IMG/VR virus record: IMGVR_UViG_3300043753_000025
Coordinates: 1 to 55,737 of that record
Length of the DNA stretch: 55,737 nucleotides
Source of the DNA: a virus
Taxonomy: Duplodnaviria > Caudoviricetes
Reading direction: 5' to 3' (one strand)
Every line of letters begins with the position of its first letter. Position 1 is the first letter of the stretch. The position numbers were made by a program, and so were the translations under genes. Under the pieces are notes generated by a model, which was given only the letters and a program-made list of their open reading frames with translations, was not told the DNA's origin and did not search any database. Shown piece by piece: positions 24,739-32,834 of the stretch.

Positions 24739-25758
24739 ATGACAGGCTTTCAGATCAGTGCCGAGCGCCCGTTTCTCATTCCGGCAGCGCATGACCTGTA
24801 CCTGAGAGTCTTGCGCGGCGAGCTGACAAACCCTCCAGAAAGCCCCGAGCTCGGGCAACTGCTCGATGTTCACCTCCTGGCGCCGGATCCTGACCGGGCT
24901 GGCCACTACCGTGCGCTCGACGTCGGTAGGGCGCTCCGCACCTGGCAGGGCGGGCTGCACACCATGGCATCCAACCTGCTGCTGGAGGCCCAGACCGTAG
25001 AAGCGCAGCTGCAGCCCTTGGCGACCGCCTGGAATCAGGCGCAGGCCGGGAAGGCCTCGGCCCCCGGGGTAGAAGTCGTGCACGGCTACGACGAGATCGA
25101 CCGACGACTGGGCCCGATCATTGCGTCGTGCCGGGTGGAAGCGATGACAGCCCATCCGACCGGGCCGCGGTCGCCCAAGGTCTTGGCGAGGTCGTACGAG
25201 CGGGACATGCCGCTGCTGCGGCGCGGCGCCACGATGAGGACGATCTACCTGCCGGCGGTGCGCGGAGACGCCCCCACGGCACGGTGGGCTCAGACCATGA
25301 CCGAGCAGGGTGTGCAGATCCGGACGAGCACGGATTTCTGTCGGGTGATCATTATCGACTACCACACGGTGATCACATCGGTGCTGCGTCGCGAGGATCA
25401 GATCACCGAGCCGGAGCCCAACGACGCTGCGATGATCATCACGCACCCCGCCCTCGTCGCCCACTGGATGGCCGGGTTCGAGCGAGACTGGGCGCGCGCT
25501 GAGCCCTGGAGCGGCACGCTCACCAAGCCGGCGCCGAAGCTACCGCTGACCCCAACGGATGTGCAGATCTTGGACTGCCTTGCCCAGGGCATGGACCAGG
25601 ATGAAGCGGCTGCCGCGCACCATGTCTCGCGGCGCTATGTCACCGGCAAGCTGGCCGCGTTGCGGGCTGCGACCGGCGTGAAGTCCCACGGGCAGCTCAT
25701 GTTCTGGTGGGGCAAGCACTACGGGGATTACAAGAAGGAGCGGAGGAAGAGGAGATGA
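24739..25758 (+). CDS. TrmB-like sensor domain plus C-terminal LuxR HTH regulator (candidate peptide receptor)
   Basis: LLRRGATMRTIY...GVQIRT...RVIIID...FERDWARAEPW; LTPTDVQILDCLAQGMDQDEAAAAHHVSRRYV...GVKSHGQL. Confidence 0.85.
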   Translation: MTGFQISAERPFLIPAAHDLYLRVLRGELTNPPESPELGQLLDVHLLAPDPDRAGHYRALDVGRALRTWQGGLHTMASNLLLEAQTVEAQLQPLATAWNQAQAGKASAPGVEVVHGYDEIDRRLGPIIASCRVEAMTAHPTGPRSPKVLARSYERDMPLLRRGATMRTIYLPAVRGDAPTARWAQTMTEQGVQIRTSTDFCRVIIIDYHTVITSVLRREDQITEPEPNDAAMIITHPALVAHWMAGFERDWARAEPWSGTLTKPAPKLPLTPTDVQILDCLAQGMDQDEAAAAHHVSRRYVTGKLAALRAATGVKSHGQLMFWWGKHYGDYKKERRKRR

Positions 25759-25996
25759 CCGCCTCGTAGCTGCGGCCGGCGGCGACCAGGTCGATGCGGA
25801 CCTCGCCATCGCGGAGGATGAGTTGGCGGACCAGCTCCAGGTCCGCCAGGAGTCGCCTGTTGCCCGCACGTTTGCCTGGATCGTCAACTGGCAGGGCTGC
25901 GAGCAGCTGTTCCAGCTCGGCGATGGCGGCGGCCAGGGCGTGGTGAATGGTGGGCGACGTGATGCCGTCGACTGTGAGGGTATACGTGGCGCTCAC
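25697..25996 (-). CDS. Hypothetical protein convergent on the LuxR gene
   Basis: GGAG RBS before GTG 25996; 3' end overlaps luxR by 62 bp. Confidence 0.5.
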   Translation of the reverse strand: MSATYTLTVDGITSPTIHHALAAAIAELEQLLAALPVDDPGKRAGNRRLLADLELVRQLILRDGEVRIDLVAAGRSYEAVISSSSAPSCNPRSACPTRT

Positions 25997-26116
25997 GACG
26001 GTGCTCCGGTGCTCAGCCCCCCGAGTTACAGTGAGTGACATGCTATCGAACACCGTTCGATGCACTGGTCATCTACGCGTACAGCATTCCGGTCACGATC
26101 ACGCAACGGTCGACGG

Positions 26117-26356
26117 GTGCCGCCCACCCGCCGACCCGACGACCTCCAGCTCCAGACCCGCCGTTAGGTCGGTGAGCGCATCCAACAACTCCGCGTCGCC
26201 CGCGGCTACAGCCAGGAACGCCTCGGCGAGGCCTCCGCACTCGACCGCCGCACCATCGGCTCGTTCGAGGCGGGCCGCACACCGCCCACCCTGGACGACC
26301 TCGTCGCCATCGCCCGCGCACTCCGGGTCCCCCTCGACGGGCTCCTCTGGAGCTGA
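26117..26356 (+). pseudogene. XRE HTH regulator interrupted by in-frame TAG
   Basis: VPPTRRPDDLQLQTRR*VGERIQQLRVARGYSQERLGEASALDRRTIGSFEAG...; TAG at 26165-26167. Confidence 0.8.
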
Positions 26357-26420
26357 AACAGCCGGCGCGCCCCACGGACGCGCCGGCCAACCCGGGCCCC
26401 GCCGGGCCCGGACGGCGCAA

Positions 26421-26452
26421 GAGCCCCGCCGGACGCCGGTCCGACGGGGCTC
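26421..26452. terminator. Hairpin between convergent genes
   Basis: GAGCCCCG-c-CGGAC GCCG GTCCG-a-CGGGGCTC. Confidence 0.65.
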
Positions 26453-26455
26453 CCA

Positions 26456-26668
26456 CTACTCGAGCAACAGGCCCTCACGGGCCCAGACCGCTCGGGCCGC
26501 CGCGATCCGCTCCCGCTTGGTGCGCCTCCAGGTCAGCCGCGCGGTCTCCTCGCCGGGGGGTTCAGAGACCCGGTAGCAGTTCGGACAGACGTAGCCTCCT
26601 TGCGGCCCGTCCTGCACCGGCGTCCCGCAGGTCTGGCAGTAGCGGCTGTGATGCACATCCTGAGCCAT
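26456..26668 (-). CDS. Zn-ribbon protein
   Basis: CQTCG...CPNC. Confidence 0.65.
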   Translation of the reverse strand: MAQDVHHSRYCQTCGTPVQDGPQGGYVCPNCYRVSEPPGEETARLTWRRTKRERIAAARAVWAREGLLLE

Positions 26669-26677
26669 GGACCCAGG

Positions 26678-26806
26678 CTACTTGGCGAACACCGGCTGCG
26701 GCAGGCGACCGGCGTGGTGGATGACGCCGAGCACTGTGCCGCACACCCCGCAGACCATGGGCTTGCGGGTGGCGTCCATCGCGGATCCGCACTTGGGACA
26801 GGGCAT
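26678..26806 (-). CDS. Small Zn-ribbon protein
   Basis: AGGAGG RBS; MPCPKCGSAM...CGVCG. Confidence 0.6.
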   Translation of the reverse strand: MPCPKCGSAMDATRKPMVCGVCGTVLGVIHHAGRLPQPVFAK

Positions 26807-26905
26807 CTTGAACCTCCTGACTCTGCGCCAGCTCGGGGCCTACCCCCGAGCCACTGTGCAACTTGCAGGACCCGCGCCGGCTTCTCGACGGTGCGGGGGT
26901 GGTGC

Positions 26906-26944
26906 CCCGTGCCAGGGGGCTGCGGGGGCCACCCCTGGCACGGG
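26906..26944. repeat. 13-bp inverted repeat hairpin
   Basis: CCCGTGCCAGGGG...CCCCTGGCACGGG. Confidence 0.6.
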
Positions 26945-27008
26945 AGTCAACGAGAGTTGGCGCCGGCGTCGACCGCGCCGCGCGAGCAGACGGAGCTGTT
27001 CCGGGCAC

Positions 27009-27224
27009 TCAACGGTCCACCTCCCGGTCAGGGCAGATCCCCCCGGCACACTCGCACGGCGACCACCCAGCGGGAATCGCGCGCACGACCGTCGCCGTGC
27101 TGCCGCCACGTACACCCAGGCGGTCGAAGTACCTCGGGTCGTAGTCGTCGAGCGGAGGGTTGGTTCGCTGGGCCCGCGCGCGCATCTCGGCGCGGAGCTC
27201 ATCGGCGGTCTTCGCCAGGGCCAT
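27009..27224 (-). CDS. Hypothetical protein
   Basis: TGATG coupling; C-terminal CECAGGIC. Confidence 0.6.
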   Translation of the reverse strand: MALAKTADELRAEMRARAQRTNPPLDDYDPRYFDRLGVRGGSTATVVRAIPAGWSPCECAGGICPDREVDR

Positions 27225-27451
27225 CAGCCCAGCTCCCCCGGCTCGGCAAGGTGCCGCTGCTGGCAGTCCGCGCACCGTGAGACGCGCTCGTCCCGCACGA
27301 CTCCCTCACCGACCCGGGTGGTCCGCATCTCACCGCGGAACGGCGCGTCCACGGCGCCGCAGCCGCAAGGGGACTGATCAGGACGCCTGCAGGGTGAGTC
27401 CGACGGCAGCCCGGCGGCGGGCTGCGGCACGGACGCCGCGAGATCTGCCAT
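27224..27451 (-). CDS. Hypothetical Cys-containing protein
   Basis: CGCG...CADC. Confidence 0.55.
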   Translation of the reverse strand: MADLAASVPQPAAGLPSDSPCRRPDQSPCGCGAVDAPFRGEMRTTRVGEGVVRDERVSRCADCQQRHLAEPGELG

Positions 27452-27493
27452 GCCGAAGACGGTAGAGAGAAGGGCAATCCGAGCACCACAAGT

Positions 27494-27511
27494 GTGCGCA
27501 AACTTGCGCAC
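27494..27511. promoter_or_regulatory. Palindromic operator-like site
   Basis: GTGCGCAA-AC-TTGCGCAC; related TTGCA(C) half sites at 26855-26866 and 29143-29192. Confidence 0.5.
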
Positions 27512-27513
27512 TG

Positions 27514-28371
27514 TCACCCAAGAGAGGTGATCGCTGCCGTGATCAGGGCCCTCGCCGCGGCCCCGTAGACCGCGAGCTCCTCCAACTCGGTGAACGCCCG
27601 CACGTACTCCGCGACCTCTCCAGGGCTGGTCACCGTCAGGTGGGCGGAGACCAACTCCACATTGACCTGGGCGTCGTCGTAGACCGTGAAGGACTCTGTA
27701 GGCCAGCCGCCACCACGAATCACCCCGAGCGGGATGATGCCGAGGCTGACCGACGGCGTCGAGGCCAATGCGATCAGCTGCCCGAGCTGCGCGGCCATCA
27801 CCTCCGCATCACCGATCACGCTACGAAGCACCCACTCCTCAATGACGACGGCGAAGCGATGATGCCCCGTGTGCAACACCCGCTGGCGGTCCATGCGAAC
27901 CGCCAGCGCCTCCTCCACGTCGTCAACGACGCCCCGCAGCCCCACGATCGTCTCCAGGACCGTCCTCGTGTAGGCGGGCGTCTGCAGCAGCCCGGGGATA
28001 ACCCACGACTGGTACATGCGGAACCGCCGGGTGCGCTCGAAGAGCGGCCGGACAGACTCCTGGGCGTGCTTCAGCCCGGGGCGTTCGAGGCGCCGCCACT
28101 CGACGTAGGCGCTGTCGATGCCCCGGGCAGAAGCGATCAGGTCCGCCGCCTGGTCAGGCACGCCACAGTGCAGCGTCCAGAGCCGAATGTCAGCGTCGGA
28201 GGGCAGCGCACGGCCGTGCTCGATGCGCGAGCACTTCGACTCGTGCCAGCCCGCCTCGCGCGCCAGGTCTCGTGCCGTGAGCTGCGCGTCCTTCCTGATC
28301 TCGCGCAGGCGCTGACCCAACGCAGCCCGCGCCTCCTGGACGCTCGATGATGGCGACGGCTTCTGAGACAT
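27514..28371 (-). CDS. XRE HTH plus DUF5753 (Scr1-like) regulator
   Basis: LREIRKDAQLTARDLAREAGWHESKCSRIEHG; IPGLLQTPAY; VIEEWVLR; SFTVYD; AAARALI. Confidence 0.9.
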   Translation of the reverse strand: MSQKPSPSSSVQEARAALGQRLREIRKDAQLTARDLAREAGWHESKCSRIEHGRALPSDADIRLWTLHCGVPDQAADLIASARGIDSAYVEWRRLERPGLKHAQESVRPLFERTRRFRMYQSWVIPGLLQTPAYTRTVLETIVGLRGVVDDVEEALAVRMDRQRVLHTGHHRFAVVIEEWVLRSVIGDAEVMAAQLGQLIALASTPSVSLGIIPLGVIRGGGWPTESFTVYDDAQVNVELVSAHLTVTSPGEVAEYVRAFTELEELAVYGAAARALITAAITSLG

Positions 28372-28384
28372 GATCTTGCACCGG

Positions 28385-28900
28385 TCAGGCCGGTTCGTAC
28401 TCCTCATGCGGGACGGAGCGGCCCCAGACCGCCTCGAACGCCGTAGCGCACAGCCGGACAACCTCGGGTGCGACGATCAGCTCATGGTCGACGAAGTCCC
28501 CATCGCCGTTGAAGTGGTTGAGCAGCAGGGTCCGGCCGTCGAAGAGCCAGAAGTCGTTGCCCGGCAGGGCCAAGTCGGTCGCGCGCCGGCGCGGCAGCCA
28601 CCTGACCTGCTCGCCCATCGCGACGTTGTGCCGATCGGTGACCTCGTACTCGAACCGCACATACTCGCTCACCGGCTCGGACACGATCCGGGCCCGCCGA
28701 ACCTGGACGCCGCGGCCCGTGGTGGCAGCCATGAGCTTCAGCCACGGACTCTCTGCCCGGCCAGACGACTCAACGTTGCCGAGCTGCCAGGCCAGGAACA
28801 TCGGGTCGTCCAACATGTAGCCGTCGCGCATCTCCAGATGGACAGCCGAGTGCCGGCAGGCCGCCATGAGCTCCTCGATCGAGGGAGCCTCAGGCACCAC
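28385..28900 (-). CDS. DUF6879-like protein
   Basis: SAVHLEMRDGY, RRARIVSEPVSEY, GEQVRWLPR, GNDFWLFD. Confidence 0.85.
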   Translation of the reverse strand: MVPEAPSIEELMAACRHSAVHLEMRDGYMLDDPMFLAWQLGNVESSGRAESPWLKLMAATTGRGVQVRRARIVSEPVSEYVRFEYEVTDRHNVAMGEQVRWLPRRRATDLALPGNDFWLFDGRTLLLNHFNGDGDFVDHELIVAPEVVRLCATAFEAVWGRSVPHEEYEPA

Positions 28901-29102
28901 CCACCTCCGGGAAGAACTTCATCATGCGCTTCGGGAACTCGACAACGTCCTCGTGGTCGGGCAGGTCAAGCTGGGATCGGCGCTCCACATCCAGCACCTT
29001 CAATCCCTGGACCAGGTAGTTGTCGGTCACGTCGTCGTAGTACAGCGTGGGCGACTTGCCCTCCGGGCTCTCCGGGTCCTGGCCGAGCTTGTGCAGTGCC
29101 AT
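28890..29102 (-). CDS. Small conserved protein of the DUF6879/XRE module
   Basis: GGAGG RBS; LGQDPESPEGKSPTLY...YLVQG. Confidence 0.75.
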   Translation of the reverse strand: MALHKLGQDPESPEGKSPTLYYDDVTDNYLVQGLKVLDVERRSQLDLPDHEDVVEFPKRMMKFFPEVGGA

Positions 29103-29207
29103 CCTGGCCTCCAGCTGCGGGGTTTGGCGATCTCTGTGTTCAGGTTTGCACCCTGAGCGACTGGCGCGCCAGAAGTTTGCGAGAACTTGCACCTACCAGA
29201 CAGAGGG

Positions 29208-29227
29208 TCGAACATGTGAGCGATAAT
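29208..29227 (+). promoter_or_regulatory. Possible LexA (SOS) box overlapping -10 GATAAT
   Basis: TCGAAC-ATGT-GAGCGA versus actinobacterial TCGAAC-N4-GTTCGA. Confidence 0.5.
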
Positions 29228-29233
29228 GGCAGC

Positions 29234-29527
29234 GTGTACGCCCCGACCTGCCCCGCCGACGCCCAGCCGGCCGACCCCGACGAGATGGCCGGCCCCGGCC
29301 CGCACCCGAGCACGGACACCTGGCAGATCGTGATCGTGCACGTCGAGGGCACCTGGCAACCCGCCCTGCTCACCGAGTGGCGGCGACTCCCGTCCGGCTG
29401 GGTCGCCCACGTCCGCTGGCGCCGCACCGAGCACCCCGGCGACGGCTGGGCGTGGCTCGTGCACGACCCCGCCACCCTCCAGCCCCTCACCCCGGCCAGC
29501 ATCGACGCCGCCGGCCTCGGCGCGTAA
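29234..29527 (+). CDS. Hypothetical Trp-rich protein (leaderless)
   Basis: GATAAT-6nt-GTG; WQPALLTEWRR...WVAHVRW. Confidence 0.65.
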   Translation: MYAPTCPADAQPADPDEMAGPGPHPSTDTWQIVIVHVEGTWQPALLTEWRRLPSGWVAHVRWRRTEHPGDGWAWLVHDPATLQPLTPASIDAAGLGA

Positions 29528-29564
29528 CCACCCCACCGTCCGACCAGCACCCTAGGATCCGACC

Positions 29565-29882
29565 GTGCCCGACCCGCTGCCCATCCCCGCCGACCTCGCC
29601 GAACTCCAGGCCGACCGCATTGCCGCGGAGACCGCCGTCGCCGAGCACATCGCCGACGTGGAGACCCGCCGACGCGAGCAGTACCCGGACGCCGAGCAAT
29701 CCCTGCAGCGCGGCACCTGGAGCGAGGACGAGGGCGCCGAGCTGGAACGGCTCCGCGCCGAACGCGACCAACTCGGCCGCGAGGTGCGGCAGCACCCCGT
29801 CATGGTCCAGGCCCGCGAAGGGGGCAGCTTCTGGCCCACCTGGGACGCACTCCAGGAAGCCGCCCGGCAGCAGGCGAGCTGA
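29565..29882 (+). CDS. Hypothetical protein (leaderless)
   Basis: TAGGAT-6nt-GTG; PIPADLAELQ... Confidence 0.7.
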   Translation: MPDPLPIPADLAELQADRIAAETAVAEHIADVETRRREQYPDAEQSLQRGTWSEDEGAELERLRAERDQLGREVRQHPVMVQAREGGSFWPTWDALQEAARQQAS

Positions 29883-29889
29883 CCAATGG

Positions 29890-30234
29890 TCAGGCGCCGG
29901 CGGTCGCCTGCTGCCAGGCGTTGAACGCGACCGCCCACGTCAGCACCTCGGCCACCAGCCTCGCCTTCACCTCATGCACCAGCGTGTCGCCATCGCTCGC
30001 CCGGGTGAAGACGACTGAGACCGTGCCAGACCGCTTCTTCGCGGCCAGCGCCAGCGGGCCCATCAACACCGCCCGGGTCGCCGTCACCCGGCGCCCGGTG
30101 TTGTCCACCGTCTGCACCGTCACCTCGGCCGCCGGCGCCTTCCACTGCCTCCAGCCCTTCGGCACGCTCAACTCCCCACCATGGGAGATGCGGATGTACG
30201 TGCCAGACGGCGGCTTCGGCGGCTTCGAGGTCAT
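29890..30234 (-). CDS. Hypothetical protein
   Basis: RRVTATRAVLMGPLALAAKK motif; probably leaderless. Confidence 0.65.
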   Translation of the reverse strand: MTSKPPKPPSGTYIRISHGGELSVPKGWRQWKAPAAEVTVQTVDNTGRRVTATRAVLMGPLALAAKKRSGTVSVVFTRASDGDTLVHEVKARLVAEVLTWAVAFNAWQQATAGA

Positions 30235-30313
30235 GCCCCGCAGTCTCACCCGCACCAGCCAGCGGCCGGGCCCGATCCGCGAGGTCGTAGCCCAGCCGTG
30301 ATCAACCCGCGGC

Positions 30314-31123
30314 CTACGCCGCCGGATCGAGCGGCAGCTGTCCGTCGAACCGCAGCGGTGCCAGGCCGCCCAACCGCGGGTGCAGGTACCGCAGCCCGGC
30401 CACCGTGATCCGCACCTGCGGACGGCCCAGCACCGCCTCCCCGCTGTGCGGATGCGTGTACGCGCTGGCCCGCTCCACTACGCGCCCCGCATCCACGTGC
30501 CGCGCGTACGGCACACCCTTGGCATCTACCATCCGCAGCTCCCGCAGCGACCGCATCAGCCGGTTCTGACCGGTGCTGATCGCCGGGTCCCGGGACAGGA
30601 TCGCCGCGGCGTCCCGCAAGCTGTAGTCGCCCGCCGCTGACGCCAGCGCATCCCACGCCGCCGCGGCCGGCTCCAACTCCGCCACCCGCCCGGTCAGCTC
30701 GGCCCGCTCCGCCCGCAGCCGCTCGGCCTCCTCCTCCGCCGCCAGCGCCAGGCGCAGGATCTCACCCCGCGACAGCTCCGCCGGCCGGGCCACGCTGTAC
30801 GAGCCGGTGCGGCGGATCGACGGGATCACCTCGGCCGTGATCCAGCGGCGGAAAGCCCGGGCCTCCGGCTTCCGACTGTCCAAGATCAGGTCATACAGGC
30901 CGGACTCGTTGGCCGCGTGCGCCTGCTGCCGCCGGCCGAGCGAATCGGTGACCTCGACGGTATCGAGGTCACCCGCGTTGAGGCGCCGGGCCGCATCGGA
31001 CGGGTTGCCGATGCCGAGCACCCGACAGACGTCGGCGACCACGAACCACGGCTCGCCGTCGATCGTGACCGCCCGGACCTGCTGGCTGGTCTCCGGGAAC
31101 TCGAAGGGGATAATGGTGCTCAC
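30314..31123 (-). CDS. Phage antirepressor (BRO-N plus ANT/KilAC)
   Basis: GEPWFVVADVCRVLG...NESGLYDLILDSRKPEARAFRRWIT.EVIPSIRRTGSY; GQNRL...ITVAG. Confidence 0.92.
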   Translation of the reverse strand: MSTIIPFEFPETSQQVRAVTIDGEPWFVVADVCRVLGIGNPSDAARRLNAGDLDTVEVTDSLGRRQQAHAANESGLYDLILDSRKPEARAFRRWITAEVIPSIRRTGSYSVARPAELSRGEILRLALAAEEEAERLRAERAELTGRVAELEPAAAAWDALASAAGDYSLRDAAAILSRDPAISTGQNRLMRSLRELRMVDAKGVPYARHVDAGRVVERASAYTHPHSGEAVLGRPQVRITVAGLRYLHPRLGGLAPLRFDGQLPLDPAA

Positions 31124-31221
31124 GTGGTCCTCCCTCTGGCGTAGGTGGGACTGCTCGGGCCGTCCGCTTCACCGGGCGGCCCTTGCCGTCTCGCGGGCGC
31201 TCGAACACCCGCACCCCCCTT

Positions 31222-31249
31222 AAACGGACCAGCCCCGAAACTGTGTCAC
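31222..31249 (-). promoter_or_regulatory. Putative ECF-sigma promoter copy 2
   Basis: 23/28 identity with 5947-5974. Confidence 0.65.
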
Positions 31250-31280
31250 CGCCCCGCCCGGGCCCGGACATGACGAAGCC

Positions 31281-31312
31281 GCCCCCGCCCCGGCCGTAGC
31301 CGAGACGGGGGC
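31281..31312 (-). terminator. Terminator at end of late/lysis operon
   Basis: GCCCCCGTCTCGGC-TACG-GCCGGGGCGGGGGC then GGCTTCGTC. Confidence 0.7.
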
Positions 31313-31319
31313 AATGTGT

Positions 31320-31643
31320 TCAGTGAGCGGCCAGGAGCGACGCGGCCGCTGTCGCGACGACCAGGCCGAACGCGGCGGCAATCTCGATCAGCCAGCGTCG
31401 CCGATCGACGCTCTTCACCTCATGCTTCTCCTGCGCGACTTCACGTTGCTGCAGCTCGGCCAGCTCCTGGCGCGCATCCGTCAGCTCCTGGCGCATGTCG
31501 GCCAGATCGGCGCGTAGCGCGGCCACCTCGCTGGAGTCAGCCTTCGTGTGCAGCAGGGCCAGGAAGTTGTCCATCTTCCGGTCCAGCTTCTCGAACAGCT
31601 CCTTCACCGAGTAGGAGACGACGCTGCCCTGATCATCGGCCAT
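31320..31643 (-). CDS. Lysis-cassette membrane protein (coiled coil plus C-terminal TM)
   Basis: Directly after endolysin; C-terminal hydrophobic helix. Confidence 0.7.
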   Translation of the reverse strand: MADDQGSVVSYSVKELFEKLDRKMDNFLALLHTKADSSEVAALRADLADMRQELTDARQELAELQQREVAQEKHEVKSVDRRRWLIEIAAAFGLVVATAAASLLAAH

Positions 31644-31647
31644 GCAG

Positions 31648-32493
31648 TCACCCGGCCGGCTTCGCGGCGGCGGCCGGCGGCGGCACGGAGTCCGTGACCT
31701 CCACGTGCACGACCGCCTGCGCGATCGCCGCCTGCACCGCCGAGACGACCGCCGCAGTGTCCACGCCCGGGTGCTGCGCGGACAGCAGGCCGGCGAGGGT
31801 GGTGATGGTCGCCTGCTGGACGGTCATCGCCTGGAGGATCTGCACCTTGCCGTTGTTGACGTCGTTGTCGATCCCGAACAGCATCGCCCGGAACTCGCCG
31901 TACATACTGTCGACGCCGCTGTGAGTGGACTTCAGGTCGTTCGAGACGCCCCACAGCATCGCCTTGAACTCGTCGTACTGCGGCTGATCCATCGGGTCCT
32001 CCTGGGTCTGCGCCGGTGGCGCGGAAGTTGGGGTCTGCGCGGGATCCACGCCCGGCCAGTAGTCGGCCACCGCGCTCGCGTCCCACCCGGCGGCGGAGCG
32101 GTACTGCTTGGCGATCGCGCCGGACGGGATGGACGGGTTTCCGTCGTACTGGGCGATCCAGTAGTGCGGCTCGGGCACGCCGGCCGCCGCGAACGCCGCG
32201 CGCACGGAGGCCCAGGTGCTGCTGTTGCAGTACACCGTGGGGTCGACACCGTGATGCCGGCGCATCACCACCCATCCGGGCGCCTGCGCCGGGGTAGCGT
32301 CGCCGGTCTCGACGTCGAGCACCAAGCCGTCGTCGGTGTGCGCGAAGACCGCGATCGGCACGACCACAGTGCCCGGGAACCGGCGGCGCAACTCGGAGAC
32401 GTTGGCGTAGAGCCCGTCCACATACCCGGCGTACAGCGGCGCACCAGCAGGCAGGTTGGAGACGGTGATGCCGTCGTACATCGTCCGCACCAT
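31648..32493 (-). CDS. Endolysin, GH25-like glycoside hydrolase
   Basis: YAGYVDG, LDVETGDA, VYCNSS, WIAQYDG, AKQY; position after tail genes. Confidence 0.85.
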   Translation of the reverse strand: MVRTMYDGITVSNLPAGAPLYAGYVDGLYANVSELRRRFPGTVVVPIAVFAHTDDGLVLDVETGDATPAQAPGWVVMRRHHGVDPTVYCNSSTWASVRAAFAAAGVPEPHYWIAQYDGNPSIPSGAIAKQYRSAAGWDASAVADYWPGVDPAQTPTSAPPAQTQEDPMDQPQYDEFKAMLWGVSNDLKSTHSGVDSMYGEFRAMLFGIDNDVNNGKVQILQAMTVQQATITTLAGLLSAQHPGVDTAAVVSAVQAAIAQAVVHVEVTDSVPPPAAAAKPAG

Positions 32494-32834
32494 CAGACCT
32501 CACCCCCGACAGCCGGGGCCGACCCCTGACCGGCGACGAGCTGTGCGAGCTCTCCGTGCGCCTGACGAAGGAGGCCGAGCTCCTCCATCACCGCGTCATG
32601 GGTCTCCCGCGCCTGCCGCTCGGCGGCTCGCCCGAGCACGGCCTGGCCGACCATCAGCAGCGGCAGGCTCCACAGCTGCACGGTGTTCGACCAGTACAGA
32701 AGAGCCGCCATCGCGCCCGGCAGCAGGACCGGCAGGAACCCATAGGCGAAGAGCGCGTAGGTCGTCCACATGCTGCCGAACGCCCGCGTCGCTCGGACCG
32801 CCAGGCGCTCGTTGAACTCGCTGACCCGACTCAA
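32493..32834 (-). CDS. DUF1003-like membrane protein (holin candidate)
   Basis: FNERLAVRATRAFGSMW...LPLLMVGQ; TTG start overlapping upstream stop. Confidence 0.7.
   Translation of the reverse strand: MSRVSEFNERLAVRATRAFGSMWTTYALFAYGFLPVLLPGAMAALLYWSNTVQLWSLPLLMVGQAVLGRAAERQARETHDAVMEELGLLRQAHGELAQLVAGQGSAPAVGGEV

Noticed and set aside
26046-26060. TCGAAC-ACC-GTTCGA as a LexA box
   Set aside because: Spacer is 3 nt rather than 4; kept only as an unassigned palindrome.
26165-26167. Genome-wide amber recoding
   Set aside because: TAG is a normal stop in several genes here (capsid-adjacent, tail tube, tape measure) and no suppressor tRNA is present.
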